Part shown: in pieces, positions 37,002-48,880 of the stretch
Layout of the letters: each line of letters begins with the position of its first letter
Position numbering within the stretch: position 1 is the stretch's first letter
Origin: Saccostrea echinata
Taxonomy: Eukaryota
Length of the DNA: 64,000 nt
Assembly (NCBI RefSeq): GCF_033153115.1
Contig: NW_026889797.1
Location: 2,666,001-2,730,000, forward strand
Direction of reading: 5' to 3'
Position numbers and translations under genes: made by a program
Notes under the pieces: model-generated
The model's input: the letters and a program-made list of their open reading frames with translations, nothing else
What the model was told of the DNA's origin: nothing
Database searches by the model: none

Positions 37002-40000
37002 CCCCCAGGACCCTTCCAGATAGATTCTACCTTTTTTCCCGCATTGCGGCGCCAATACACCAAATCTCCGACCTTGAACCTATGGGTACGGATCTTAATG
37101 TCGTGCGACCTTTTCATTGCCTTCTGCGCGACCTTCAGTTTCTTGCGGGCAATGTCATGCGCGCTCTGCACATTCTGTTCCAGATCACGCACATACCTGT
37201 CAACCTCACCCTCCTCCCCATTTTGAAAAGACTGCGAAGGGGGTGGGGAAAACATTAAGGTTGCTAGTATGTTGACTTCTCTACCCAGCATTAGACGATT
37301 TGGAGTATATCCGGTGTGGCGATTCACCGCCGACCGCAATGCCCCAGCCAGTGGGCCCAAAAACCTATCCCATGTCTTGGGCTGACCATCGATATAGCAA
37401 CGGACCGCATCCATTAAGGTGCGGTTGTACCGTTCTACTTGGCCATTCCCGGAAGGTCTGTATGGCGTGGTCCGGGCCTTATGAATACCTAACATTGTAC
37501 AGATTTTACAGAAAAGCTCACTTTCAAAATTACGGCCCTGATCTGTAAAAATTTCATAAGGATAGCCCAATCGCGAAAAGAAATCATTGATGGCTGACCT
37601 GGTCGTAACCTCTGCTGTCCGAGATGGAAGCGGAATGCACTCGACCCACTTGGTAAAGTTATCTACCATCATGAGTATATACTCATTCCCGCTATCTGTT
37701 CGGGGTAGCGGCCCAAGGAAGTCTAAGTGCACTCTCTCCATCGGACTTCCGGCCTGGTAGCTTTTCATTTCCGATTTATTCGGCAGAGAACCCCTCTTAT
37801 TCCGTGCACAAATGTCGCATGTCTTGACATATAACTTAATGTCCTTGACCATCCGCCACCAATAGAACTGTTGTTTAAGTCTCTCTTTAGTTCTCTGTAT
37901 ACCTTGGTGACCGGACGACGGAATGTCATGACAAAAGTGCATGACCTCGGACCTGAGACTTCTCGGGACTAACAGTCTACGAGGCATGTCCGAGTCTTCC
38001 GGTTCTCGCCAAATAACACCTGTCTCGTCCAGTGTAAAACAGTCTCTCTCAAGAAGGTAACATTTCTCTTCCGGACTACAGATAATCAGGTCATTTTCAG
38101 TAGGTAAATCCCCAGACTCTAAGTACTGTCTCAGGTAAACCATGGCCTCATCTGAGTTCTGTTTACGAGCCATCTCTGCGGGACTGTAAGAGCATAGAGA
38201 AATTCCCGCAGTGTCACCCTGAGATACCTGACAAACTTGAGGCTTTACTTCCTCAATCTCGGGACTCAAACTCGACACCCCATTGACAGCGATTTCAAAA
38301 CTCGGAAGTTCAGGGGCACCTGCTGCCAACGGAACATCTTCCCAAGTATTTGTCACAATAGCCTGACGGAGAGTAGGATCTAACATCTCATAATTACCCC
38401 CTTCAGCGGACTGACCCTCCGCTCTAACAGGCGATTCCTCAAAGAGCTGGGAAAGAGGAATTACATCGTCAATTTCGGTATTAAAGTCATGCCAGCGCCC
38501 ATGTGCTCGGCGGCAGTACCTACATCCGCCACATGGCAAATCTTCGACTCTGATTTTAGTAGAGTAACTCTGGCATGTGTCTGGTATGTCTTTAGACAGC
38601 GCATCGGCATTCACGTGCTTCTTGCCTGGGCGATGGACTATCCGCATATTGTACTGGCTAAGCTCTTCTAACCAGCGAGCACTCTGATTCTGCGGATGCT
38701 TAAAGTTCATCAGCCAGACCAGGCTATGGTGGTCTGTCCGGACTGTGAACTCTCTGCCCAGCAGGTAATGGCGGAATTGTCTGGTAAACTTGATCACCGC
38801 CAATAATTCCTTTCTAGTAGTGCAATACCTGCGCTGTTCGGATGACAGCACGGCGCTGCCATACCCAATGGTTCGCTCCCTTCCATTCTGGACTTGGCTA
38901 AGTTCCCCGCCTACGGCATGATCCGAGGCGTCAGTATCCAGAATGAAATGACCTGTACTGTTTGGAATAGCAAGTACTGGGGGTTTGATCATTAATTGGA
39001 TGAGTTCCTCGAAGGCGCTTTGTTGTTCAGCCCCCCACCGGAAACCACTCTTTCCCGTAACCGCGTACAGCGGAGCCGCAATTCTCGAGAACTGGGGAAT
39101 GAAACTACGGTGATAGTTAGCGAAGCCTAAGAAACGCTCAACGCCCTTCACATCGCAAGGAACAGGCCAGTCACGTACTGCCTCAATGTACTGATCCCCC
39201 ATCTCAACTCCGTGCTCGCTCACGGTTCTACCTAGGAACTCAACTTTAGGTTTAAATAGCTCGCATTTCCGAGGCTTAAACTTAAGACCATATGCTCGGA
39301 ATCGCTCAAACACTTGTCTCAGATTATCAAGGTGAGCATGTGCTGAAGCCCCCAATACTAAGACATCATCGAGAAAAGCTAATGCAATTTTCCAGTTAAG
39401 TCTGTGCAATACCAGATTGATGGCCCTAGCGAAGGTCGCGGGGGCATTACACAGACCGAACCCCATTCTTGTGAATTCGAATAGTCCGTATTTGGTAATA
39501 AAGGCTGTCTTTTTCCGGTCTTCCGGAGCTATTTTAATTTGCCAATAGGCCGCATTGGCGTCCAGTTTAGAAAACCAGCGGTTTCCCGCTAGCGTGTCCA
39601 TGCACTCTTCGATGAGCGGTAGGGGGTACGTGTCCTTGACTGTCACCTTATTCAGGGCTCTGTAGTCCACGCACCAGCGGACACTACCATCCTTCTTCCT
39701 AACTAGGACCGGGGCAGACGCCCAGTCTGAAGAAGATGGCTGGATAACTCCGGCCTCTAACATTCTGTCTAGATGACCCTCTTCCTCCCCCTGGAACACA
39801 GAAGGAGTGCGGCGCATCCGCTGATTTACGGGAAGTGCATCGCCAGTATCTATACGATGCTCTATCTCGGAAAAATTTCCGAGGTCAAGGTCATCTACAG
39901 CAAAGACATCAGCAAATTCTTTAACTAGCTCTACAGCCTGAGTCTTCACTTCCACAGGCGCACTCTTACCTAACTGATCTAGGAGTGGGGCTATGTGTTT

Positions 40001-40282
40001 ATAACTAGTCTCCCCCTCCGCTGACATGCGGCGCACTGTGGGATCAGTATTCTTAACAGCCATAGCAGGAGCAGCTTCCCCTACTGTAGTACCAGTCTTG
40101 ATTATATGACTTCTATCAGTCAGGTTTAAGATACATAGCTTAGCTTTGTTTCCTGCGGCATTGTATGTCCGCGAAGCTACTATACCAGGCGGAAATATGC
40201 TAGCTGGTTCCAGCATAAATTCTGGCATATCGGAACTAAGGGTGCACTCGATAACTTGAGCAGTGTGCGGAGGGACCCGCAC
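36992..40282 (-). CDS. pol: Gypsy Pol (RT, RNase H, integrase)
   Basis: RT (WASAPVLVRKKDG..CVDYR, FGLCNAPATF, FLDD), RNase H (DTDASD, KELLAV, TDH), integrase HHCC and DDE (HLDFLGP, TDQG, VERYN). Confidence 0.96.
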   Translation of the reverse strand: MRVPPHTAQVIECTLSSDMPEFMLEPASIFPPGIVASRTYNAAGNKAKLCILNLTDRSHIIKTGTTVGEAAPAMAVKNTDPTVRRMSAEGETSYKHIAPLLDQLGKSAPVEVKTQAVELVKEFADVFAVDDLDLGNFSEIEHRIDTGDALPVNQRMRRTPSVFQGEEEGHLDRMLEAGVIQPSSSDWASAPVLVRKKDGSVRWCVDYRALNKVTVKDTYPLPLIEECMDTLAGNRWFSKLDANAAYWQIKIAPEDRKKTAFITKYGLFEFTRMGFGLCNAPATFARAINLVLHRLNWKIALAFLDDVLVLGASAHAHLDNLRQVFERFRAYGLKFKPRKCELFKPKVEFLGRTVSEHGVEMGDQYIEAVRDWPVPCDVKGVERFLGFANYHRSFIPQFSRIAAPLYAVTGKSGFRWGAEQQSAFEELIQLMIKPPVLAIPNSTGHFILDTDASDHAVGGELSQVQNGRERTIGYGSAVLSSEQRRYCTTRKELLAVIKFTRQFRHYLLGREFTVRTDHHSLVWLMNFKHPQNQSARWLEELSQYNMRIVHRPGKKHVNADALSKDIPDTCQSYSTKIRVEDLPCGGCRYCRRAHGRWHDFNTEIDDVIPLSQLFEESPVRAEGQSAEGGNYEMLDPTLRQAIVTNTWEDVPLAAGAPELPSFEIAVNGVSSLSPEIEEVKPQVCQVSQGDTAGISLCSYSPAEMARKQNSDEAMVYLRQYLESGDLPTENDLIICSPEEKCYLLERDCFTLDETGVIWREPEDSDMPRRLLVPRSLRSEVMHFCHDIPSSGHQGIQRTKERLKQQFYWWRMVKDIKLYVKTCDICARNKRGSLPNKSEMKSYQAGSPMERVHLDFLGPLPRTDSGNEYILMMVDNFTKWVECIPLPSRTAEVTTRSAINDFFSRLGYPYEIFTDQGRNFESELFCKICTMLGIHKARTTPYRPSGNGQVERYNRTLMDAVRCYIDGQPKTWDRFLGPLAGALRSAVNRHTGYTPNRLMLGREVNILATLMFSPPPSQSFQNGEEGEVDRYVRDLEQNVQSAHDIARKKLKVAQKAMKRSHDIKIRTHRFKVGDLVYWRRNAGKKVESIWKGPGGNY

Positions 40283-40467
40283 TCTGCGGACTGAACCGCA
40301 TCGAGTACTGGCACTGTCTCATCAGCACTTAGGGCGAAAATCGTATCTATGCCCTTGACCCTTAATGTACCGGCTTCACAGGAAACATCTGCACCGTGTG
40401 CACGCAGGAAGTCAATTCCCAAAAGCATTTCGTCTTGTAAGGGGCCAAAAAAATCGGGTGAACAAAA

Positions 40468-42894
40468 TCATAATCCCCGATGCGAAGATTTAAACTTCCG
40501 AGGTACTGGGCGGTCATACCAGCCCCCTCGCCTGACATTAGTGTCCCTAACAATATCGGGCTGCGGCCTCAATGACTTGTACACCTCCCCCGATATTATC
40601 GTGATGTCAGCTGCAGTATCTATTGTCGCTTTAATTTGCTGGCCTCCTATTTGTATAGGGATTCGCCACGCACCTGGGCCTATACTTTGACTACCTGACC
40701 TTATAGAGGGAATAACATAAGTGGCCTTGACATTTGGAGTAACAGAAAAGGTCACCCTATTAGCACTTGACGAACGCTCCCTAGACTTAGTCTCGGTAGA
40801 TTTTTTCAGACACGAGCACAGGGACTCTGGGTTGCTCCTACGCGGACAATTCCGCCGTATGTGTCCCGGTTCTTTGCATTCATAACAAACTACTGTCCCT
40901 GAACTCTTTGAGCGTCCTTGACTCGCTGATTTCCCCCTTACAGGTTTACGAGTTGGGCTTCGGCCCCTACTTCTCTCCCTAGAGTCGTGAGTGGTACCAG
41001 TTTTCCGGTCCTCTGACTTATCTCGGCATTCGGAGTCCGAGACCTTACGTCGGTGAGCAGGGGGCGAGCGAGAATCTCTCCGCCCTTCACGGTCCCGCTC
41101 TGAGGAAACGGACCTCACAGCACGTGGGCGACGAACCACTGCCCGGCGGCTTAACTGGTAATGTTTTACTCTTTTTATTGCCTCCGCTAGAGTACATGGG
41201 GGATTGTTGATCAACTGTTGACCCGCCTCACCATCACTGCAGCCAAGAGCAAATCTAACAATGAGCTGCTCCTGGAATATTTCTGGCGAGGTTCCGCCAC
41301 CAAAGGCCTTCTGGGCAGTGTCCATGACTCTATCTGCCCATTGTTCCATGGTTTCTTCTGGCTTTTGGACAATCGAGCTGAATTCCAGCTGTGAGGCTGC
41401 TCTTAAGGAACTTTTCCCAAACCTCTCCTCCATTCGGACGACAACTTCTCGGAAACTTAACAGGGCCCCCCTGCGACGCAGGATATCGAAGTACTTGAGC
41501 GCTGCCCCCTCTAATGTCAAACTTAGGGCAAACAGACGATCGGGGTCACCCCACTGATGGTATTCAGCGATAGTAGAGAACTTTGAATAGAATGGTCCCC
41601 ACTCTACATCCCCATTGTACTTCATCCACTTTATTTCAGCTGGAATATTCCTGCTCACGCTACTCCGAGTACCAGGAGGAATTAAACTCGGAAATTGGGA
41701 TGTATCCGCAGTAGTCATTAAAGTGTGACCTTGAGGTACCCAAGACCAACCCCCTATTCCAGGTACAAATGACTGTCCTCCCTCTAGTGCCGCCGACTGC
41801 CCAACCAACCCACCATAGTAGCCAGAGCCCTGACTACCCAAGTTAGCTGCACTAGAATACACAGATGCAGTGGGTGCGGTAACTGGCATGCCCATACCCC
41901 CAGCAACATGACCCGGGACGGGTGGGCCCATGCTGGGATGTATAGGATACCCCCCACTCATTGTGTTCCCTGATATGAACGAGCCAAATGTAATAGTACT
42001 CGGCAAGGCCGAGCCAAGACTACTGTAGCCTATTGAAGAAAGTGGCTGACCTTGAGATGCGGAAACAGACGTGACCTCAGAATTATGGATAGAAACGGGT
42101 CCGGGACTCGACAAACTAGCTACGGGCTGCTCAACGGAAAGGCACTGCTCTGGCAATGAGCTAGGAACCCAGGGACTCCCCTGGCTACTAGTCATTACAG
42201 ACGGACTGGCAGTGACCTTGAGATCCTGCGGTTTAGCTACTGACTGCGGTTTATCAAATTTCATCATTCCCGCAAGCATTTGAGTTATTTCGCTTAACTG
42301 AGTCCCCATATTTGATTCCATAGAACCCATTTGAGACGTCATGTCGGTTTTCAATGTCCCCATCTGAGATGTCACATCGGTTCTAAGAGTCCCCATCTGA
42401 GATGTAACATTGGCTTCTAATGAGCCTATATCGCCTCGCAGAGCTCCTACATCCCGACCAAGGCTATCTACTCTGCTATTAACCGCACCAAGGTCGCCCT
42501 TAACTTGTATAATATTTCCTTGAATTTGACCCATTTCCCCTTGAATTCGGTCAACGACCCCCTCCAGAATAGTCTGTCGTTCCTGGAGCAGGGAATAAAA
42601 CTGCTGGAAACCGGGCGTCTCCAAAGACCCATCAGAATCAGCCCCCCGTGTAAGCGACATGTCTCCGCCCCCATACCGGGTGACATCCGGGGCACCCTCC
42701 CCCTGGGGCATCGGTGTGCTACACACACCCGGAGCAAACCTCACGGTTCCGGAAGGCGGGACTTCCCGCGGCCTGCGCCCTCCCGGGGTACTCCCCAGAC
42801 CCTCGTGGTCATTTCCCCCAACACGAGCGTCCCAGTCCCCACTAGGCCTCACAGTCCCCCTCCCCAAACCAAAGGAACTGAAATCACGGTCCAT
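40468..42894 (-). CDS. gag: Gypsy Gag plus N-terminal half of aspartic protease
   Basis: Coiled-coil region, capsid-like region (KYNGDVEWGPFYSKF...QKPEETMEQWADRV), CCHC knuckle CYECKEPGHIRRNC, protease motif IDTAADITII; frameshifts after ~40530. Confidence 0.9.
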   Translation of the reverse strand: MDRDFSSFGLGRGTVRPSGDWDARVGGNDHEGLGSTPGGRRPREVPPSGTVRFAPGVCSTPMPQGEGAPDVTRYGGGDMSLTRGADSDGSLETPGFQQFYSLLQERQTILEGVVDRIQGEMGQIQGNIIQVKGDLGAVNSRVDSLGRDVGALRGDIGSLEANVTSQMGTLRTDVTSQMGTLKTDMTSQMGSMESNMGTQLSEITQMLAGMMKFDKPQSVAKPQDLKVTASPSVMTSSQGSPWVPSSLPEQCLSVEQPVASLSSPGPVSIHNSEVTSVSASQGQPLSSIGYSSLGSALPSTITFGSFISGNTMSGGYPIHPSMGPPVPGHVAGGMGMPVTAPTASVYSSAANLGSQGSGYYGGLVGQSAALEGGQSFVPGIGGWSWVPQGHTLMTTADTSQFPSLIPPGTRSSVSRNIPAEIKWMKYNGDVEWGPFYSKFSTIAEYHQWGDPDRLFALSLTLEGAALKYFDILRRRGALLSFREVVVRMEERFGKSSLRAASQLEFSSIVQKPEETMEQWADRVMDTAQKAFGGGTSPEIFQEQLIVRFALGCSDGEAGQQLINNPPCTLAEAIKRVKHYQLSRRAVVRRPRAVRSVSSERDREGRRDSRSPPAHRRKVSDSECRDKSEDRKTGTTHDSRERSRGRSPTRKPVRGKSASQGRSKSSGTVVCYECKEPGHIRRNCPRRSNPESLCSCLKKSTETKSRERSSSANRVTFSVTPNVKATYVIPSIRSGSQSIGPGAWRIPIQIGGQQIKATIDTAADITIISGEVYKSLRPQPDIVRDTNVRRGGWYDRPVPRKFKSSHRGL

Positions 42895-43093
42895 TATGCC
42901 CGGCAACCAATAACACGGCAAAATATAAATTTACAGGAAGCGGTTAATCCGCTAAGCAACAAACGCAAGTATAAACGTATATACAAAATAAAATAAAACA
43001 AATACTGCTGTCCTACATCTCGGAAAATATCCAAGATGGCGACGTGCACTTACACGTGCGGGCTAGGTATTACCCCGCAGTTTAAACTAAAAT

Positions 43094-43111
43094 ACCCTGC
43101 TCGCAGAGCCA
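43094..43111 (-). promoter_or_regulatory. Primer-binding site, probably tRNA-Ser(UGA)
   Basis: TGGCTCTGCGAGCAGGGT one nt inside the 5' LTR; its complement ACCCTGCTCGC..GCCA resembles the 3' end of metazoan tRNA-Ser(UGA). Confidence 0.75.
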
Positions 43112-43112
43112 A

Positions 43113-43405
43113 TATAGCGTTTCTCTCTACTATATGCTACTTATTACCTAAGCACAGTGACGGCGGAATAGAGACAACACTATGATAAAATACGCGATTT
43201 ATTAGTGCCCGCTATATACTATATAATAACTACAAATACAACAATGACGGAGCCGACAGAGACACGTCTGCACTCGTCTGCACTTTGCAGCAGACAACAG
43301 AAAAAGAGAGCGAGGATAGGTACACGTCACGGCAGGTGCGTGTCGTGTACCACGTGGTTGGAGGTAGCAGGGCAATTCTTGCCCAGTACCTTCAAGACCA
43401 CCACA
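43113..43405 (-). repeat. 5' LTR (293 bp, TG..TA)
   Basis: Direct repeat of 35575-35857 with an extra 10-bp tandem duplication GTCTGCACT(C/T). Confidence 0.97.
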
Positions 43406-44095
43406 CAAATGTCTTTAATAACATTTTTTCTGGAATTTTAAGCGCGTGTCACTATGAATTCATTCGGTTATTTTCCTTAATTTTGAACCACTATAGTCAT
43501 TTGTATATGAAATCATATTTGCTTGATCACACAATAAAATAGCAAGCACTTATAACATATTAATTTATAATTTATTAATTTATTATTTAATTTCTTTCTC
43601 TCGGCATGGCAGCTTACAGCATTCAGCCCACTCATAATTTACCTGCATTGTTACTATATAGCTAAGTCAAAACAAATGACACCATTCAGATAAAATTAAT
43701 CAACGAACATAACATGAAGAATTTCTAGATCTGACATTTCCTCTAAATGCAGATAAAATAAACAACTCCTCCATAATTACCTGGTCTAGGGATACCCATC
43801 ATTCTAAAGTATAAAGGTTCAGGACTGGTTGCTAGAAATTGATTGGCATTTAATTCATAGTATACGTGCATACCTTGTATATCTCTAGATACCTTGTCTC
43901 TATCTCGTGTCCATCGTCAAATGAACGTTCGGTCTTTTGGTGATTACCGCATATACCAGTTCGACAAAGACACTTTTTCATTCGAAACATTTTGGCAAGG
44001 TAAAATAAAACTAAATGTATTATTTAAAAATATTTTCTTTAAGGACTGGTGATACATGAACAAACAAAATTTGATAAAAAATTTTTGAAAATAAC

Positions 44096-44191
44096 CAAAT
44101 CTTTGTCGCTTAAAATCACATTACCGCATAGATTTTAATTTTTTTTTATTCTAAGTATCAAAATAATGTGATTTTAAGCGACAAAGATTTG
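44096..44191. repeat. Perfect 28-bp inverted repeat with 40-nt spacer
   Basis: CAAATCTTTGTCGCTTAAAATCACATTA / TAATGTGATTTTAAGCGACAAAGATTTG. Confidence 0.92.
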
Positions 44192-45154
44192 AGTAGATTA
44201 ATAAGGAGGGTTGCAAAAAGGTAGATTTTTGAACATCATAGAAAGTTTACGATATCTTAATATTTTAGAAATTTATAATTTGAATCATTTACAACCCAAA
44301 TTGGTCCAAAAATATATACCAATCCAGGCATTCATTTTTTTTTTTGGGGGGGGGGGGTCATCTGTCCTTAATTATGAAAATATTGATGATTAATCATGCA
44401 TAGGTAATAATTCATATTTTTTTCAAGTCAATTAATTGAATTTTATGGAGTGTATACAACAAGTTTACTTGTATATCGAGTTTAAGCTAAGTGAAAGTGC
44501 TTATCATCATTGAAATTCGTTATTATATGTCATTTTTTTAATTCATCATTATTTAATTTAAATGTTATTCGCTTGAAAATTTATATGCGTCCATTTCGAG
44601 ATATCGTGACGAACTTGCGACTAACTCATAGGCGGCAATGACCACTACATGTACAATATGCTTCCGATATAGAATGTTTGATTCAGTATGCAAGTATACG
44701 AGAACGTCAAGGACGAACCAATTTTTTTTTTTTTTTTTTTTTTTGGTCAGAGAATCCCTACATTTCTGCATTGTCAGCAGAAAAAATAATTAAAACTAGA
44801 TAAAGTTTCTAAAGGAGTTTTGGAAAATGGCCATGCACTTCTGTGAAGAAAATATTGTTTAAATTTAGATTAGGTACATGGAATACAAAAACACAGGTGA
44901 TCTAATCATAAGATCAAATTTAAAATCAAAATAAGTTTAAATATAATGATACATGAATAAAGTGGATCCCTGCTGTGGCGGGCCTTATTGCACAATATAA
45001 ATGAATGCTATCCGTACCACTAAAAATTAAAAACATTTTTTTAAAGCAATATCTGTAATATATGCAAGCAATTGACAAATGCTTCATTAAGAGTGTCAGG
45101 TTCACACATTACACATAATACTTTAGACTGATAATGAAATGCAATTCTTACTTT

Positions 45155-48100
45155 TATAGCGTTTCTCGCTATAATGGCCGTGATGGCAATCAGAAAAATC
45201 ACCATGATTATAAAATTTGTGGTCCCGATGAATAACTGTGGGGCTCTGCTCTGCTATGCAAATATACCATCCCAGCCCAAGAAGGCTCTCCTTCTACTGA
45301 AACTCCTCTCCCGGCGGGAGGAAACTCTCCTGTCATATCCGGTCTCTACCTCTGCTTTCCACAAGAACAGAATTCCCTTCCGAAAGTCCCAGCCGAAACC
45401 TCCGGTTCCACTTCACTCTTATCCCTGATTTCTTCTCCTGCGGATCTTCCGCCCTCGAATACAAATTCACCTATTTCCTTAGACATGATCTGTAACCTTG
45501 AAAAACAGGTAAAATATCAGACATGCGCTTTTTAATATATTCATGTGCAAATACAATCTAACCAGATGCAAACCTTATCTTATACTTGCACATGCTCCCG
45601 CATCATTGCAGGACCCTTATCCAATAATCTAATGACGGCTGGCACTGATGGGAATGCATTCGGGGCAAGTATAGTGAAGAAACGACTTAGCATAGGCCTC
45701 ACTTATACCCAAACACCCAGGATGAAACCAGTCCCGGCAGCTGTCGCACTGTAACATCCACTTTTTAAGGTTAGACTTTAAACAAACACAATCATCTCTA
45801 GCCTTAGTGGCTGTAAGTCTCTTGGGCGTACTGAGAGTATCTGGCTTACTTCACCTTTCCCTCACTCGTTTTCGGGTACCCACGTTAGGACCCACTTGTT
45901 CTGCTGGCTGCGGGTCTCCTCTAGTTTTCCACATTCTCCCCGGGTCCCCAGGACCCGACCCTGAACTTGTAGCACCCAGCGGCTTAGCTATGTCGTATAC
46001 AGAAGAATTACTGTAAACCGATTTTTATTCGAGTGCGAAAAATATCCGGTTTCGCGGCCTACTTTAACTCCAAATATTAATCGCCGCGAACCATTTATTT
46101 GTATTTGTAGAGAATGTTTCCTTTGTCGCGCAAGAAATAAGAGATTATGCGAATAATAGTTGGTTTACAGTACCCCGGTCGCTGTATGCGGATTCTCCCG
46201 ACAACTTACTCTTAAACGATACTAGCCTTTTCGGGACTTGCATCTTTTTAGCTGGGGAAGAAAACTGCGATTTAGTTAGCGAAGCCAAGAAAAAGTTCAA
46301 CACCCTTCACCTAGCAAGGTACAGACCAGTCATGCACTGCCTCAATGTACTGGGCCTCCACCTCGACTCCGTGCTCTCTAAGGGTTCTGCCTAAGAACCC
46401 AACTTCAGTTTTGAACAGCTCACAATTCAGAAGTTTTGAATTTGAGAACATACGCTCGGAATCGCAGGTTATCAAGGTGAGCATGTGATAAAGCCACTAG
46501 CACTAAAACATCGTCGAGGAATGCCAAAGCAATCTTCCAGTTTAGCATGTGTAATACCAGATTGATGGCTCAAACAAAGGTCACGGAGGCATTACATAGA
46601 CTAACCCCATTCTCGTTAATTCGAAGGCCGTATTTTGTAATGGAGGCCGTTTTTTTTTCGGTCTACCGGAGCTATCTTAATTTGCCAATAAACCGCATTG
46701 GCATTTGCATCGGCATCCAGCTTGGAGAACGTACAGCTATTCCCCGCTAGAGTAGCCATGCACTCTTCGATGATCAGTAGGGGGTATGCTATTTAACGGG
46801 AAATGCGTCGCTAGTATTTATCCGATGCTCGATCTCGGAGAATTTTCCGAAGTCAAGGTCCTCTACAGTAAAGCTGTCTGGAAATTATTTAACTAGCACG
46901 AAAGTCTGAGTTTTGACCTCTACAGGCACATTCTTCCCTAATTGATAGAGAAGTAGGGTTATATGCTTATTACTCCTCTCCCCCTCTATGACATTCGGCG
47001 CACTGTGGGGTCGGTACACTTAACAGACACAGCAGCTTGGCCTACTTTAGTACTAGACTTGATGACTCCTATCAGCCATGTTTAGAATACACAGTTTGGC
47101 CTTCTCTCCTGTGGCAGTTTACATGTATGTCTGCGAAGGCATTATCCCAGACCTCAAAACACCGGCAGGTTCCAGCATAAACGCTAGCATTTCCGCACTA
47201 AGGGCGCACACGATAACGTGGGCAGTGTGCGGAGGGACCTGCACTATGCGGACTGAAACCACATCGAGTACTGGCACTGTCGCTTCAGCGCTCAGGGAAA
47301 AGTTGTCTATGCCCTTGATCCCTAGCATTCCCGCTACACATGAAACTTCGGCACCATATGCATGCAAGAAATCAATCCCTGATAGAAGTCTTGTAAAGTT
47401 CAACATAAATTGGGTGTATAAAATCGTAATCACCGATACGTAGTTTAGTTTTCCGAGGTACTAGGCGGTTATTCCTGCCCCCTTGCCAGCTATCCTAACA
47501 GTGGTGCTCTAAGACCTCGGGCTGAGGCCTCAATGGCTTATATACCACCCCAAGATTATCGTAATGTCGGCTGCAGTGTCCATTGTTGCTTTACCTGGCT
47601 GACCACCTATCTGTATAGGGATACGCCACGCACCTGAACTCATGCCTTGACTACTTGACCTGACTGATGTTTTACTTTAGTCGCATTTACATTCGGTTCA
47701 TAAAACTTGACTCTGGTGTCGGAGTCTGACGCACGACGTTCAAATTTTGCATTACTGTCAGTACTGTGTCCTGACATTTGTAACGGTCTACTGACCTTGA
47801 AACACGAGAATGTCTTCGACTCAATGACTTGTCCCGTACGGGACTGCGTATGTGACTGTAGCCCCTACTGCTGTCACCCGAGTCACTGCAGTAGTGATAC
47901 TGCCTGTCTGAGGCCCGATCCCGTGACTTGACACGGGACCTCTATCTTAGGGCACACAGGATCGCTCAGGTTTCCTCGGATCAGTGCATTCCCTACGATC
48001 ATTACGTTCCCTTTGCTCAACGTAAAATTTTTGAGAATCAAAATCCAAGTTCTGTCTGTAAGGACTTTGAGACAGAGATATACTGTAGTCATCTCCGCGA

Positions 48101-48460
48101 TATCTAGACACGGATCTTATGCCCCTGGGAGGACGGGTAACAGCTCGGCGACAAAGCTGATAGGCCAATCATCGCTTAATCGCCTCTTCCAGTTTACCAG
48201 GAGGATTATTAATTACCTGCTGCCCTGCCCCGCCCCGCCATCACTCCACCCAAGAGCAGAAAGAACTATTTCCTGCTCTTGAAAAATCTCTGGTGAGGTC
48301 TTTATGGCCACTGTCCATAACTCTGTCCCCCCATTGCTCTATGGCCTTGTCGGCTCCCTGGCAAATGGAATTAAATTCCAGCTATAAGGCGGTTCTCAGA
48401 GAAGTCTTACCAATCCTCTCCTCCATCCGGAGAACTACCTCCCGAAATCTTAACAGAACC
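45155..48460 (-). mobile_element. Decayed, internally deleted and 5'-truncated sister Gypsy element
   Basis: Same LTR terminus TATAGCGTTTCTC; colinear homology to PHD (45650-45770), RT (46270-46790), protease (47050-47660) and gag (48050-48460); RNase H and integrase deleted. Confidence 0.92.
46011..46170. mobile_element. TA-flanked MITE nested in the decayed Gypsy
   Basis: TA|CTGTAAACC ... GGTTTACAG|TA; Gypsy homology resumes across it. Confidence 0.85.
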
Positions 48461-48499
48461 GCAGCTAGGTTAAGGACTTCCATGAGGTTGAGCTCATGA

Positions 48500-48880
48500 A
48501 TATCACGTGACTTAGCTCCGCCCATTTTCATAATTATTCATGTGAAAACTTTATTCCGTGTTGAATTTTTATTTATTTATTTATCTATACTTTAAAGATT
48601 TGTTTTTGTGTTGTTTCTAATAAATTTTATTTGTTTATTTCGTTTTCATCGCTAAATCAGCTCTATAAACGTATTTTCTATGAAATTACCGAATGTCGTT
48701 TGGAGCTGATCTACGTCGGCTCGGCGCTTTCACCCTCTCGATACGATTGTCAACCCCGTGGCTGGCAGGTGCGTGGGAAAAGTTTGTCTGTTCCAGTGTC
48801 TTGATGGAATTTACAACAAAATTGTTGCCTGGCTTGATGGCAGATGCCGAGAATTTGCTGGACAGAGTGTTATTGTAAGT
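48500..48880 (+). promoter_or_regulatory. Putative promoter and first exon of a + strand transcript
   Basis: E-box CACGTG, GC-box CCGCCC, TATAAA at ~48664, GC-richer segment ending in donor ATT|GTAAGT at 48874/48875; coding status unclear. Confidence 0.4.

Larger units (their letters stand above)
35575..43405 (-). mobile_element. Full-length Ty3/Gypsy LTR retrotransposon with C-terminal PHD finger
   Basis: Two ~98% identical LTRs, 4-bp TSD CAAA (35571-35574, 43406-43409), PBS, PPT, domain order gag-PR-RT-RH-INT. Confidence 0.97.

Noticed and set aside
36596-43542. Plus-strand ORFs overlapping the Gypsy and ORFs in the LTRs
   Set aside because: Antisense shadows of GC-rich coding sequence with no recognisable domains
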